In this document: in pieces, positions 15,001 through 20,100 of the stretch
Layout: each line of letters starts with the position of its first letter
How positions within the stretch are numbered: the first letter of the stretch is position 1
Source: Candidatus Omnitrophota bacterium
GTDB taxonomy: Bacteria > Omnitrophota > Gorgyraeia > Zapsychrales > JBDRMG01
Assembly: GCA_043812495.1 (NCBI GenBank)
Contig: JBDRMG010000063.1
Location: 1 to 35,972 of the forward strand
Direction of reading: 5' to 3'
Length of the DNA stretch: 35,972 bases
Notes under the pieces: model-generated
Seen by the model: the letters and a program-made list of their open reading frames with translations, nothing else
The model's database searches: none
Told to the model about the DNA's origin: nothing
Translations under genes and position numbers: made by a program

Positions 15001-17168
15001 TTTGTGGAAACAATCTGTTTGAACATTGGAATTTGATTTTTGATTATTGTTTGTATCTTGTTTCTTGTCTCTTGTATCTTAAACATTCCCGCCACTATTA
15101 CTCCAACGACGACCAAATCGATAACCACAACAAGCGAAGTACTCAATCCTAACCCGACCCCATTCATCGCAACCGGCGCCCCGCTGACCGGAGCGGATTC
15201 GATTGAGGAAGGAACATTATAAGGATCCCGATTCCCCGAATTGTCGAAAGAAAGGCTTGCGATTAAGCTTGCGAATACAAAAAACCGGTTAAAGAGATCC
15301 GGGTTAATCTCATCATTCGTCTTTTTATGGATGCAGTAATCGTCCATTCTGATCTTTTCCCCGTTAAAAGGCGCGCCATTTTCTTCTTCAAGATCTAACG
15401 CGAAGTGGTTTTCTTCACCGTTTAAGAGAAAATCAAGGGCGTCGGTCAAAGAGTTGTTCTCGTCTTCTCCGGAACCGACTTCGCTATCGACGTGCACAAG
15501 ATGATAGGCCCTTACGGAGTCTAACGACGGCCTCGCGGCGGTCATTTGAAAATATTGCAGAACAATTCCTTTGGTCCCGCGGGGGGCCTTTGCAACCATC
15601 CGGCGCGTCCATTTTTCAATTTCCGATTCGCCGGACTCCAGCGTCGCGATCGCTTCCAAGGCGACTTTTCTTGTGCGGCCTACGTTATACTCGTAAATGG
15701 TCTTGAAAAATCGCTCCCAGCCTTTGAAGTCTTCCAGCGTGCATCTTTTGTCCTTTCGCCCAGAGGATTGTCCCCAGGTTTCGAAATCTCCCGGTTTACT
15801 CTTTTGCCTCGGCCGATAGAGGCGGGTATTGATAGCTTCTTTCAATGCGATCGACATAGCGCCGGTCTCCAGAAAGCCATCCAAGAGCCGTTGATTCTGC
15901 GCGCCAATGGGCAAAGCAACATAATCGATTTTTTCCTTTTGGATAAGATCAAGCACGAGTTTTCTTATGGACGAAAAGATCAGACGGTTGGTCTCGGCAT
16001 AATTCCAGAAGATGACATCGTAACGGCGTAGAATTCTCAGCAAGAAGCTGAGCACATCATTGACTTTATACTTATTGATATACGGCAGGGAAATCAGACC
16101 GTTAAAATGAGAATCCTTTCGGAGCGGTTGATTATCTGAGAACCGCTGACGTTGATAACCCGGGACATCGCTTCTGCTTTCCGTAATAAAAGACGGAAGT
16201 TCTTTGAAACTCATTTTTCTGTGTTTCGCGATGGCCAAACCCCGCGCCTCCCTTAAAAGGTCTGTGTAGCGTGTCCCCGCGCCCATCTGGCTTGGCTGTC
16301 CGATGAGGCGCGCGAAGGCGCGGGCGTAGTTGTGCCTCGTGTCTCCTTCCACAAGGCCGATGTCAATTCTTTCATCTTTGGGAATCCTTTCGATATATTG
16401 TTGTTCTCTTTCCATTTCCTGAACAACAGCCGGCTCCACAAAAGGATCAGAGTCAAAGCGTGGATCTCGCAATCCGTAAACTTCGAATTCACTGCGCATC
16501 TCAAGCCAAGCTTCATAAATCTTATGCCCGACCATTTCACGAGAAACCGCCTCGCCATAAACGTCCATAAGAGACAGCAGGCGTCCACTCAGGGTAGTGA
16601 TGATTTCGATACGTCTGTGTTCGCCACGCAATATCTGGCTGCGGTTATCGATTCTGTGCGTGACATAAACATCGCGGCCCGGCGCGTTATCGCGCCCTAA
16701 GTCGGCATTCACCCCATATTGATAATTATCTAGTTCCTCGGTATTCAAGACATCGATCCTGACGCGCAGATTCCCCAGGAATCTCAGGAAGGGCGAAGAG
16801 GATGACGGCGGAATGCTAAGCTTTTTAAGGAGCAGCAGCCTGATGGTATCGATAAGGTCTTTCAAATTGAGCGCATCTCTTTTGACGTCATATTTTTGAA
16901 AAACATTCTCGATAGCGCTGGGCCTTGCCCCCTGGTAGCCGCTGGCGGAAGCGGTTGCTGAGGACTTACGACCCGAGGGATGAGGGATCCTTCGACTGCG
17001 CTCAGGATAAATGAGGGATAAGGGACGGGAGACGAGGAATTTCGTCCATCGTCCATCGCTCGCCCCTGAGCTTGCCCTGAGCGTAAGCGAAGGGCGAAGC
17101 CGAAGGGTCCATCGTCCTTCCGTCTGCGCTCTGTGCCCTCGCCCGATACGCCTTGAGGATAAGCGCAA
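3..17168 (-). CDS. ORF-B: giant multidomain, multi-pass membrane protein (5722 codons, 3' end beyond window start); probable continuation of ORF-A
   Basis: Manual translation of the minus frame whose codons start at + positions divisible by 3 found no stop from 17168 to 3. The upstream in-frame stop is TGA at 17169-17171. The lack of any long minus ORF here in the ORF track fits an ORF that has no stop in the window. It contains recognisable radical SAM, XRE, HPr and HATPase_c motifs. First ATG is at 16566-16568, with no clear RBS near the junction. Confidence 0.9.
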   Translation of the reverse strand, partial: MRLSSRRIGRGHRAQTEGRWTLRLRPSLTLRASSGASDGRWTKFLVSRPLSLIYPERSRRIPHPSGRKSSATASASGYQGARPSAIENVFQKYDVKRDALNLKDLIDTIRLLLLKKLSIPPSSSSPFLRFLGNLRVRIDVLNTEELDNYQYGVNADLGRDNAPGRDVYVTHRIDNRSQILRGEHRRIEIITTLSGRLLSLMDVYGEAVSREMVGHKIYEAWLEMRSEFEVYGLRDPRFDSDPFVEPAVVQEMEREQQYIERIPKDERIDIGLVEGDTRHNYARAFARLIGQPSQMGAGTRYTDLLREARGLAIAKHRKMSFKELPSFITESRSDVPGYQRQRFSDNQPLRKDSHFNGLISLPYINKYKVNDVLSFLLRILRRYDVIFWNYAETNRLIFSSIRKLVLDLIQKEKIDYVALPIGAQNQRLLDGFLETGAMSIALKEAINTRLYRPRQKSKPGDFETWGQSSGRKDKRCTLEDFKGWERFFKTIYEYNVGRTRKVALEAIATLESGESEIEKWTRRMVAKAPRGTKGIVLQYFQMTAARPSLDSVRAYHLVHVDSEVGSGEDENNSLTDALDFLLNGEENHFALDLEEENGAPFNGEKIRMDDYCIHKKTNDEINPDLFNRFFVFASLIASLSFDNSGNRDPYNVPSSIESAPVSGAPVAMNGVGLGLSTSLVVVIDLVVVGVIVAGMFKIQETRNKIQTIIKNQIPMFKQIVSTNRVWNFGFWILGFVYNLYLVPWKLVNNSSSPQNTNYLGIQAQAVSSQYNFASLAGFDWPITDASPLSMILMALCVIGFLAVRSGRKSGKKNGSSELSSAISRLGSDDATTRSRNADDIIRMARCDSSVIGQLSRALTELEGGQKGKKKKTKGDRFSQKKSVQAKRAVDFQIKEINKILRHLSSDSYIGTTYGLIKVKRRGYPLFVPEDAHLGLTDEYGEQDLALVEFVKGSDNRVTYEAQWSVNKIDMVVFTDLLELIKNCLEHAPPDHPIKVHVLLTTDPVKLKECPDQEEIHPSSPETPDFSSGGKAKEWPPATPDSARQTTKTDEPGEAKREVPPFGGTKQFSEDGSYTGTTGFTCGLHITAVPQSQNQINMHLYFASLPSVIQASAIRHELDHINGSDEEAARRKDYQTFMNEPDALALFLKEVDRRNLTMHPMYDQMLNSLARNVSAGQMDSPWDYMTTATIEGPDPLHARPSFAISKEAKSFESTRIYVRNKTTNTGWFNTKEPGGIMLLAALVGHEIEIGAQGPNAKEAVLAVAAKVSAPYAMLGEWHERLNHENNAVIDRVLEELSRLREPEKIHAIVNLALARRGLRMEFEESEGAISTVTIRARAQKDSAYTARIMIFLKRDDHGSFLNIRYEEIFSEQNRRRRLYPLMLNWMATESILINRFGGSRIQTTKSNESSKRAWLKCLILQPRISPLEDGRYEVNATFPAWSEEDASGSLRSIFPGLSTGETAVLLLMGAVVAFLVLRMIWEVFKPTEVFFFAIILMIFADLVAQGMATAQGAKIFSCGSVAFNFQDYAHAKFIVIKSAWYHLIIGGMLLARYMFNNAKARERGVFGQLFLGLYTGSLIKLGLTKLFASNAIDQFVVANNNTPLVSFSLSNVVVAFAVAFSLLSGKAEGENSSSQNYPQESSTANAVAFPVGMEGMGIFFALAVVLYFAAPLLFVRQKDGEESLKGNNLSFFAKIMSSFLSGKRGGSSRTQGDFFKSDFLKGRLVAEPFDGIQDFETGKFSAGIIIRVDAFGDMLGDHFGLRKHDIKGIDFVIIGYTHCSSGLKIIHINSDNDNFLLLFDKNRPDLLGSIGFVMPYFAKNKILTTLHFAKLGVFPCGSFDGIDDFAFTCAPGKTLHLGVGAQAYGFRDFGHGLLPVWFFTRSIPYSLTTVNAKPVNYRTEYSSSIGIEPEALSIQYGLAGLIGVDTPGIFFALAALICLVAPLLFVKQNEGKESLKENHPLRPEDINSFIKDMDFMHMLGHLYDIQLQDAMQIAGNLASQKDKDEIENKVYILTAFWREARKSNDFKKTKDANHQTILFLREVLDKKEKIGLEIKAKGFVPEDRMHERIKHNCSLLEEEIIRLESLAPVFDDLDIGKKPVIEKIDFPVYIDLLLKLMFATCDKRITIQKEFPSTFPVVLVNRTAIVYLFLNLLFNAKVFTRDLIRIRAGEEMLDGKPYIRVDIEDNGPGIALEHLEKIFEDGFTTRKGGTGLGLPCVRRLVRAMGGNITVESTPGAGATFTVHIPVEEEPRQNTDSAANAILSTGTEGMALNASLIIAVLVALLFVFLAAVRQDDDKEGKWDYEREVEVMDPYGLHARPCSAVVCKAVRFLCEIELLNLDSKQKANAKSMLLVMALAAEEGHKVKVRTRRGNDSKEALEAISEIIGTVFDFKKDPPKGTSLKMVMAWPEIFSTLSPEIVLMALSAVLVMLPAILEVFSKVLYGLGWDSFVQGIAPSLGTMAIQSLIGAMAVLSVSMVVSLFARLKFKKDWEIPTVGIIFTIALASIAYSGFGGLLVALGTALGMLIGYFESLKRKNIIRSASFFKNRPLWGTLIYSLFMMMAVHHFTRISDAWWGFAIMGIVALSMGASRTRPYLTQDTSGEKEAIENIREALKQDIEGPTVYEIAKEIQQGSRGEQVLTTVQRLYALVDDFILITPQEAIHEGFARLVQRRFELDFYESPKLAMIETHINNIVLIRKYYFIELARRMDTTELNSFEDLSRAFNAQGYQTKHTEEQKIIADTIRRINEYESDVIVLGAANIFEGIMAAPKATLCHRLFAKNTNLAMVRAGELTLVRKTALVCLLGLMDAQELLSFEDLAQGFRLAGYETRNLFAPFKKTCIEPMALRAQKLAEQWPAIIRDYRAILSLMAEYLHNVADDQALSERTKTRDKEDQVYRLRTLSVDIDRPNPTETFLLIHYFVDTSLDALGAFIQDEDKQLSHMAASAKAVISQLQPERQTVMDRRLVDIDNIMDQAVQLIKHRYMVRHIRLARVVQNKAPPVIASHSSLLRVFLNLFIISSNHFKFAGPWPILRIETTYDSQDQDLLIEFKACAQDMMKSRSGDVSLVRQMIENQGGIFEVDHLPKETTFMIGLRAQKPSLENFKVHNILLFMSAVSINDLNTLISKWIPIFITVMMISFLVSKILRQKVVKIFLNRVGNDYNNGKATKQPIRSPDRAHLKEHSYLSVAGGGTLCPVWRPSSLIKFLSVVPVFLNTFNRGNRDFDFHNFISRSAEMVCRLFSRNSVEVGIPASTIPSEGSRVRPFLWVWRLLYSAINLLWAGASTFLKFLSRSNKLGTSFARKSSVSPINFRGDRLPIGAKDVPNLHEEESSYPMGQHSSSNRWIVGAAFILAFFVFDPSLYAQNTNDISSTCGILSSARHIFSDHGKTQDGRLKLRSNGENLDETVNEISAKYPIPCLFLSVCNPEGGSLGQVNIKAIYGNSNVLNCPLGFLLDPFVPMIDFEPIYYYVADKWYIIFPSGEVIELGVAIKRGLLNQANENKDTISGSSSQNCLAPSDMQLIAVCLLIGWALVTAHYFRHLHAPQEAVKTPTQKFFRFIRHIAFWWAAISIMADLLQAQGALAGSELTRHEQLINIQDVVKLFSLLMLNVVGVMLLLQKMKSIGALKAVIFITMLVIDFIALHGGIAVPKGDMTSTLIGVAACVVITIIIFVISCYSAKRIANTMHKSDDKSMDDSDHLMLDPERIFNQHPNFVEAVQYFNEKVIGQNENGDIRPILWPQIVDLIELYRGDRHNPEYTDSDQREQRLTLGKGEFFYKTLIFELLKLTNAICITPKKVLENAVEIYLFTIYHRVLVGQEGFKLIGEGGDQQHVYSTAEGHHRLGWFLMNFFLIRNGYLLFYFRDRLEYFSLDLANQSKLEENRTKLTDLIKNRVIEREKIDPSEDSEQVNGIIPGLEFLSLQAADPMTLIAIFAGLGLMTVVQARRKNAVLIGRQIKKYRKASGLTQEVLAWRAHISLAAIGYLENGKHRPALRTLVKLSRALDIKPSFIWVGCSLAEAMAMPRYKTRGQRLRLAREVRGLSQEELAKRLCKSSREIRTMVRKIISWEYDERAPSPQEFVELCEELQIEPCLILEGYPLLEALARSASIGKRIRMLRIINGLKQKDVSRILNKYAAFQSFNELELNKYTPSAKKIVELARILKVKPSLILTGYSLGEALDHTNGHVGQRIEILRTVHGYSQSKFARIIGVSPTTMCRMEKARYPSNVLLVYQIERFFRFQIGILTLRTLSRIAHTIQYREAIRYKTLKWTKTPKPGSQKARFNIILLYVDSWAMAVFLVAVLVGSMPYIVCKIKVAKSGTSFIRNLSLSLRRAYGDTLGIRMKDVPNYQRYAIRYPLSAIFERLAFSVERIGKNDPSAIRYPLKKFQEENPYEFIPVEKGKDDRHVWILYRVEEKETAEPMTGDSTIRAPDHLYRSLYRRYGLFTFLLSTFILLISLSALNTLLPGLHHINVFGPAFVPLVGLMKDSSDKGGRPDYKKKKRKTKGPKSPELEMDVVFQHIEESGFGHDTKLQEAVQKAVALVQAAQGAWQDLKARNALGNRQLSLSEKNIKEPLDEFHRRLSAVKGRLQVLREMKSAASKENDIPQKQKESDKKQPVQEKREKPAVRPQKASKRWFIIGVIVIALLAIAAFILTHQSASGHPLILAMAFLPLAGRVKAVNGCKVSDQKTGRRESLNEYHRMYWYKSEEFMKLERNLKTEITTQEASKNRHLVSIFISPSRKKYLLFRQLLAKTTYIVSSEFNRDLNGYILIFTAKGKKHVIIYELIGEPPDGENIVPILANGETLDEARSDLSLKRSSNIRWSKGHEVFKNYLETCTRPGLRSAKKSRAKKEAYKAVIPKPNQRVIFKCLVEDAWYWISLHHVEELQKDVFLFTSENEEDYILYPIPSRPSKGKPREVYPLSRGRTLLEAKGRLIFEKFYRMKWGQAEGFEPGADFMRVFLVSTKSKNKKGGKIRISPRKNRHLIFGHLLADTIYEIWFEFNEDLMRYVLIFSAVGKRHVVIYDTVGVPKTKDKHCPTLASGQTLKEAKEKLQKKIEEIPERQAMVRFLSQYRNGLNHAGSLCVRLPAPSSENLYVAGVNFGELKPLTFYDISSELFKPMCPRVVVFESEYRDDYVIYGLVHDPKGGRAPVLGHASTLGKAKDLCLYKLFINDALVHTANENRLKKFGDLLGQNPQYIQNDNFIKLIQEMKKPNAAAVGFVIRLLTSLIDECVEEFYELRPTTHQGLMEKLAKNTLIRYTLLYRKQEHGPFYPYIRQALYKNMYVELLQSESLTREYSKTFGWRPSDPSGDFHAKEVLLNIIRRTDRLEPEQKRVLVGWLSALGEVDLAGFVLSYDVLDIIGEELRKENQIRKERYHSLKRQKRADKSKEEVTLSCALLSGAEMLGDIAHLLAGLSLPAVFGLVQLRDSPLRPIRLANAEYITGPVYQPRVLLMGPDLCGQGCIHCLQAESFCAYLTRNIPKVLSMLKDADQLGVHRLSFCIGETFYHKPFIFGVLGGVRASRYLTVRNIITNCAFADSSQNAEDILRQTKRAMGNRMVQGATNFIVSWDKGHREAGITVDCIMNFIWAERKTFPEHQKVLVQLTNFKNDDSLLILMETLKAQALIDQPQPVKTDGSITKIELSNGCLLLIRFMPMTVAGNAQKLISQRDYSPVYITKSLFYFAEYPVACHGDVRPAKQGEISPKIKDFGRKGESRTLRSSNMKR
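29..137. mobile_element. MITE-like palindromic element, read in frame inside ORF-B
   Basis: Terminal inverted repeat TTCTACTTTCGCC (29-41) / GGCGAAGTAGAA (126-137) encloses three hairpins: CGCCCAAAATC..GATTTTGGGCG, CGCCCTGC..GCAGGGCG and CCCCGTGGCAAGCCACGGGG. The last resembles IS200/IS605-type end hairpins. Confidence 0.6.
190..845 (-). other. Radical SAM domain within ORF-B
   Basis: CxxxCxxC motif CGQGCIHC at 780-803. It is followed by RLSFCIGETF (GGEP-equivalent), NIITNCAFA (TNG-equivalent) and FIVSWDKGH in the expected order. Confidence 0.75.
1690..2965 (-). repeat. Four tandem copies of an unrecognised ~110-125 aa domain within ORF-B
   Basis: The copies end in PILANGETLDEAR, YPLSRGRTLLEAK, PTLASGQTLKEAK and PVLGHASTLGKAK. 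Each is preceded by LIFTAKGKKHVIIY, FLFTSENEEDYILY, LIFSAVGKRHVVIY and VVFESEYRDDYVIY respectively. Confidence 0.75.
4031..4129. repeat. Heptamer tandem-repeat tract with inverted arms
   Basis: GCGGATA x2-3 (4031-4051), NNACGCT x4 (4066-4093) and GCGGATA x3-4 (4102-4129). Translated in ORF-B as YAIRYPLSAIFERLAFSVERI..AIRYP. Confidence 0.85.
4138..4226. repeat. 89-bp palindromic element, copy 1
   Basis: TTAGGGACGTC...GGGTGTCCCC...GGGACAGGCTT...GGACGTCCCTGA, with nested inverted repeats. Confidence 0.9.
4455..5324 (-). other. Four tandem XRE/Cro-C1 helix-turn-helix domains within ORF-B
   Basis: IGRQIKKYRKASGLTQEVLA..LENGKHRP; GQRLRLAREVRGLSQEELA..WEYDERAP; IGKRIRMLRIINGLKQKDVS..ELNKYTP; VGQRIEILRTVHGYSQSKFARIIGVSPTTMCRMEKARYP. 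Confidence 0.9.
5500..6060 (-). other. Divergent Fic/Doc-like domain within ORF-B
   Basis: HVYSTAEGHHRLGWFLMNFFLIRNGY (5607-5684) resembles the Fic signature HxFx[DE]GNGRxxRxLxNxxLxxxGY. Confidence 0.5.
7201..7289. repeat. 89-bp palindromic element, copy 2
   Basis: TTAGGGACGTCCTT...CCTGTCCCC...GGGGACACG...AAGGACGTCCCTAA. Confidence 0.9.
7391..7657. ncRNA. Candidate structured RNA/DNA element of five consecutive hairpins, read in frame by ORF-B
   Basis: Stems at 7391-7399/7417-7425, 7427-7433/7457-7463, 7468-7480/7497-7507 and 7507-7517/7535-7546. A perfect 16-bp stem at 7576-7591/7642-7657 has an inner stem. CCACGGAAAGG occurs twice (7547, 7610). The hairpins are certain, but no RNA family was recognised. 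Confidence 0.4.
7890..8290 (-). other. Degenerate histidine-kinase ATPase (HATPase_c-like) domain within ORF-B
   Basis: LVDIDNIMDQAVQLI..APPVIAS..LLRVFLNLFIIS..VSLVRQMIENQGGIFEVDHLPKETTFMIGL. The N-box Asn and the G1/G2 glycines are lost. Confidence 0.55.
10010..10266 (-). other. PTS HPr domain within ORF-B (both phosphosites present)
   Basis: VEVMDPYGLHARP (His at 10224-10226) and KANAKSMLLVMALAAEEGHKVKV (Ser46-equivalent at 10125-10127). Confidence 0.9.
10435..10760 (-). other. Histidine-kinase ATPase (HATPase_c) domain within ORF-B
   Basis: N box FLNLLFNA, G1 IEDNGPGI, F box KIFEDGFTT, G2 GGTGLGL and G3 GGNITVESTPGAGATFTVHIP. Confidence 0.92.
11298..11391. repeat. Direct repeat (TM-linker coding), copy left of the TA operon
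   Basis: About 80% identical by manual count to 12111-12204, offset 813 nt (271 codons). Includes a perfect 23-mer CCGCAAGCGCAAAGAAGATGCCC. Encodes GIFFALAALICLVAPLLFVKQNEGKESLKEN in ORF-B. Confidence 0.9.
11500..11528 (+). promoter_or_regulatory. Sigma70-type promoter of the nested TA operon
   Basis: TTGACA (11500-11505), 17-nt spacer, extended -10 TGG-TATGCT (11520-11528), 30 nt upstream of the ATG at 11559. Confidence 0.8.
11559..11825 (+). CDS. DUF4258-family putative RNase toxin
   Basis: 88 aa. N-terminal IRLSAHAKMQSLARGASESEIIDAI and C-terminal QVRPIFVEEKQEIVVVTVY match the family pattern. Lies upstream of a DUF2283 gene. Confidence 0.85.
   Translation: MTKVSKSIRLSAHAKMQSLARGASESEIIDAIKTSAWENSELSKMECRKDFVFGKIWHNKTYGTKQVRPIFVEEKQEIVVVTVYVYYF
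11838..12050 (+). CDS. DUF2283-family putative antitoxin
   Basis: 70 aa. MRITYDHEVDALYI..EGINADYDSGGKLAGLEVLDA is the family signature. RBS GGAGG at 11829-11833. Confidence 0.9.
   Translation: MRITYDHEVDALYIMFTETKVVTKHIAEGINADYDSGGKLAGLEVLDAVKRLSDKASFKKITLEEIALSS
12111..12204. repeat. Direct repeat (TM-linker coding), copy right of the TA operon
   Basis: Partner of 11298-11391. Encodes GIFFALAVVLYFAAPLLFVRQKDGEESLKGN in ORF-B. Confidence 0.9.
12870..13240 (-). other. Possible GNAT-like domain within ORF-B
   Basis: FLNIRYEEIFSEQNRRRRLYPLMLNWM resembles GNAT motif A (beta strand, then RxxGxx helix). Weak match. Confidence 0.3.
13370..13620 (-). other. Second PTS HPr domain within ORF-B (His kept, Ser46 site replaced)
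   Basis: ATIEGPDPLHARPSFAISKEAKSF..FNTKEPGGIMLLAALVGHEIEIGAQGPNAKEAV, with His at 13581-13583. Confidence 0.85.
13812..13826 (-). other. HExxH zincin-like motif within ORF-B
   Basis: SAIRHELDHINGSDEEAA, with a downstream Glu as a possible third ligand. Motif only. Confidence 0.4.
13955..14125. mobile_element. Two abutting MITE-like palindromic elements, read in frame inside ORF-B
   Basis: 13955-14019 has arms ACCCG..GCTAAA / TTTAGC..CGGGT around GTCCCGCCAAAAGGCGGGAC. 14019-14125 has a perfect 14-bp TIR TTCATCCGTCTTCG / CGAAGACGGATGAA and ends CCCCG..CGGGG-TCTCCGGCGAAG, like the element at 29-137. Confidence 0.65.
14933..15080. repeat. Heptamer tandem-repeat tract forming a long imperfect inverted repeat
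   Basis: GATACAA/AATCCAA-type units on the left and TTGGAAT/TTGTATC-type units on the right. TACAAGATACAA (14943-14954) pairs with TTGTATCTTGT (15051-15061). Confidence 0.85.
16975..17122. repeat. Heptamer tract with inserted REP-like palindromes at the ORF-A/ORF-B junction
   Basis: GAGGGAT units versus CGTCCAT units in inverted arrangement. They are interrupted by TCCTTCGACTGCGCTCAGGATAA (carries the ORF-A stop) and by the nested CCCTGAGC-TTGCCCTGAGCGTAAGCGAAGGGC-GAAGCCGAAGGG. Confidence 0.85.
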
Positions 17169-20100
17169 TCAACACCGCCAACGCCAGGCCAAAGAGAATC
17201 GGATCAAGATTGCTGAAATTAATGCCAAGATAACCATAAATCTCTCCTAACGCTGGCTTATCTCTGAGGATTACTCCCGCTAAACCGATGGAAATATCTT
17301 CCTTCTTTCCATTATCGTATACACCCTCTGCCCTCATCGCCTCAGGCAATGATTCATTAATTGACCTATGCGGGCTTAATCTGCCATAAAATCCAATGGC
17401 TCGAAGAACATCTTCTTTCCTGCTGCTTATTGCCACTTGGCTTTCTTTCTCCTTTAATAATACAGCCTGTAATTCTTGAAGATCCATTTCCAGAGCGTCT
17501 TCAACAATTTCTTCCCACCATAGCTCAGGTTGGGGTAATAACTCCAGAAGCCTTCTTTCTTTAATTATTTTTAACAAAATTGTTATCTTTTCATAGGCAG
17601 ATTTCTCAAAGATGCCCTCTACGGATCTAAACTCATTTATGATCTTTTCAGGCAGCGTTTGTTCGTGCTCAATCTTTCCGACAAGTTCTTTAAGTGATAC
17701 CAGCGAAAGAACACCGTCTATTCTCTCGAGTTCACTTAAAGCGATCATTATTTTGTTAAGTACTCTTATCTTTGGTTTCTTTTCTTGAGGATAAAGCCTT
17801 GAGTAAGATTCAGCTATTTTGGTTAAATTCTCCAGAAAGTCTTGGATAGAATCGAAATATTCCCTCTGAACAACTGCGGGTGATTTGTCTGCATGTTTTT
17901 TCAATAAACTGATAGCTTCTTTCGCAGAATATAAGGCATTCCCTATGCCACCGCCTGTTAAGGCACTTGCTTGTCTCGCCGCATCGCCAATAGGAATAAC
18001 ATTAGGTAACCTTTCTTTATCCATATTCGAAAATGTGATAGGCTTTCCTATGGATATGTGTTTGGCAAACTTTCTGTCTGGAATGATCATCGCATTCTCA
18101 AAAATTCCACCAAAATGCTCATCAACACAAGCAATAATACTATCCAATACATCAAACGGTCTTGATGTCTTCGCTTTTGCAAAACCTATACCCACATTGA
18201 CTTCACTTTCTGCTGTTCTCCCTCTGGGATACATATAAAACCAGCCAATATCAGGATTGTCAGAAGCTATGAGAGTCTTATATTTACCCAGCCTGGTAAG
18301 ATCCACGCCTGTATATGTATATTGAGCAACTAAAGCATAAGAATGATCCGTTTTGTCTTTTCTTCTTTCTTCTGGCAATAACATCTGTCTTGTTAATGAC
18401 GCATTAGTGCCTGTGGCCAACAGGATGATTGAATCACTGTGTTCCCGCGCGAATGCTTCAAGATCTTCAATATTGACTCCATAGTCTATTATCGCGCCTG
18501 CTTCTTGTGCTTTTCTTAAGTTTTCCTGTTCGAATAATTTCCTATTAATATATAAATAAGGTGTTGTTCTAAGTTCTGCCGTATCTATCTGCCCTCTTTT
18601 ATTGATTCTTCCTAACATGAATTGATTTGTAGAGTGAACAACCCAATCCGGTAAATGATTCCTATCCATATCAAACCCTGCTTGTACTAATTTCTCTAAC
18701 CAAACACCTTCTGCACATTTTCTTCCAAAAAGCGGATCTCCAGTTTTATTCTCTGGAGTCCTTTCAAGGATTCTAACGTTAAAACCGTTTCTTGCCGCAA
18801 GCATGGCGGCATATGATCCTCCGATGCCAGCCCCAATAATAATAACTTCTTTATTTCGTAACTTATCCACCCAACGCGCCTTAAGGATCAGCGCCACCAG
18901 GACCATCATCGCCACACCCCAGAAAATGTGGTTAAGATGAGCAAAATCTATCACTGGAAAAACAGAGACGTAACATTTCTGAGAAGGGTTGAATTCAAGA
19001 GACGTAATGCAGAAAGGATTCTTTATGATTAACGCTAATCCGTCCTCAGCGATGATACCGTCAATCGCATAAACAAACAAAATAAGGTCTTGGAGATAGC
19101 AACCAAGGTATTGGAATTGATTGCTTTGCTCTTTCAGAAAACGATTTTGTAGAACCAAAAGATTTTTCGATAGATATATCATAATCTTCTCTCGGATGTT
19201 GATAAGATCATTCTCTGGTGACATAAGGATCGTTCCGTGACCCTTTATAATAATCCTGCGATCTGTTTTGCCTATGGCTAGCCATACGCCTCTCCCCTGT
19301 AAAAAGTAATCTTCAAGTCGATTCCAATCGAATCCAAAATGACCTCTTTCCCTATCATCGCAAATTTTCTTTGCTATTTTATAGGATATTCCTTTAGGAT
19401 TATGCGACCCATCAAAAGACAAATTTTCGGATTGACTAGATTTGTTCAGGCAACTTTCGCATTCATAAATGAGACAGGGCATATTTCGCGCTATCTGCAG
19501 TTCGGCTTCATTTCGTAAATCTTTTTTAACACCTCTTAACCAATGTCGGTAACGCGCCATGAGCTTAACGGCTTTTAGAATCATTTCCTCATCGACTGTT
19601 CTTTCTAAGACAGCTTGTTTCAATTTTAATCGGAGATCTTTTGCGTCTTGTCTTAGTGCTGTGTTTCTATCGCTCCTGACAATTCCTGTCAATGCTATCA
19701 TCAGAAAGATAGAAAAAGGATGGAAAGGCTCTAGGCTTGCTGAATAGACTTTTAGAATAATCAAAACACCAGCCGCTGCGGAAAGGAGCATGGGAAAGAG
19801 CAGATGGGCAACGGGAGATTGAAGGCGAATTTTGCGAGTGAGCCAATAAGCAATGGCAATCATGATTAAAAGACCGACCGCTGCCGCGATCAAGGCGATA
19901 GCGGCATCGGACGAGCCCGCGTGACCGACAGGCAGGCCGGGCACAAACCAACAGTTTGAACTTTTCCTTTTTGCGGCCTTTTTCTTGGCTCTTCTCTTCT
20001 TTTCACCTGGTGATCTTTTATTTTGTTTTTTCTTGTTTTTCTTTTTCTCAGAACTTGTCGTTCCTTCTCCCTGCCTTGGCTTATGTCGTTCGTCATATCT

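Noticed and set aside
16966..17004. TGA readthrough or recoding joining ORF-A to downstream sequence
   Set aside because: The same frame hits TAA at 16966-16968, 12 codons later. The TA antitoxin also ends in TGA, and neither giant frame needs recoding.
16862..17056. 64 aa minus-strand ORF at the junction
   Set aside because: Third-frame product that starts within the repeat tract, with no protein-like features.
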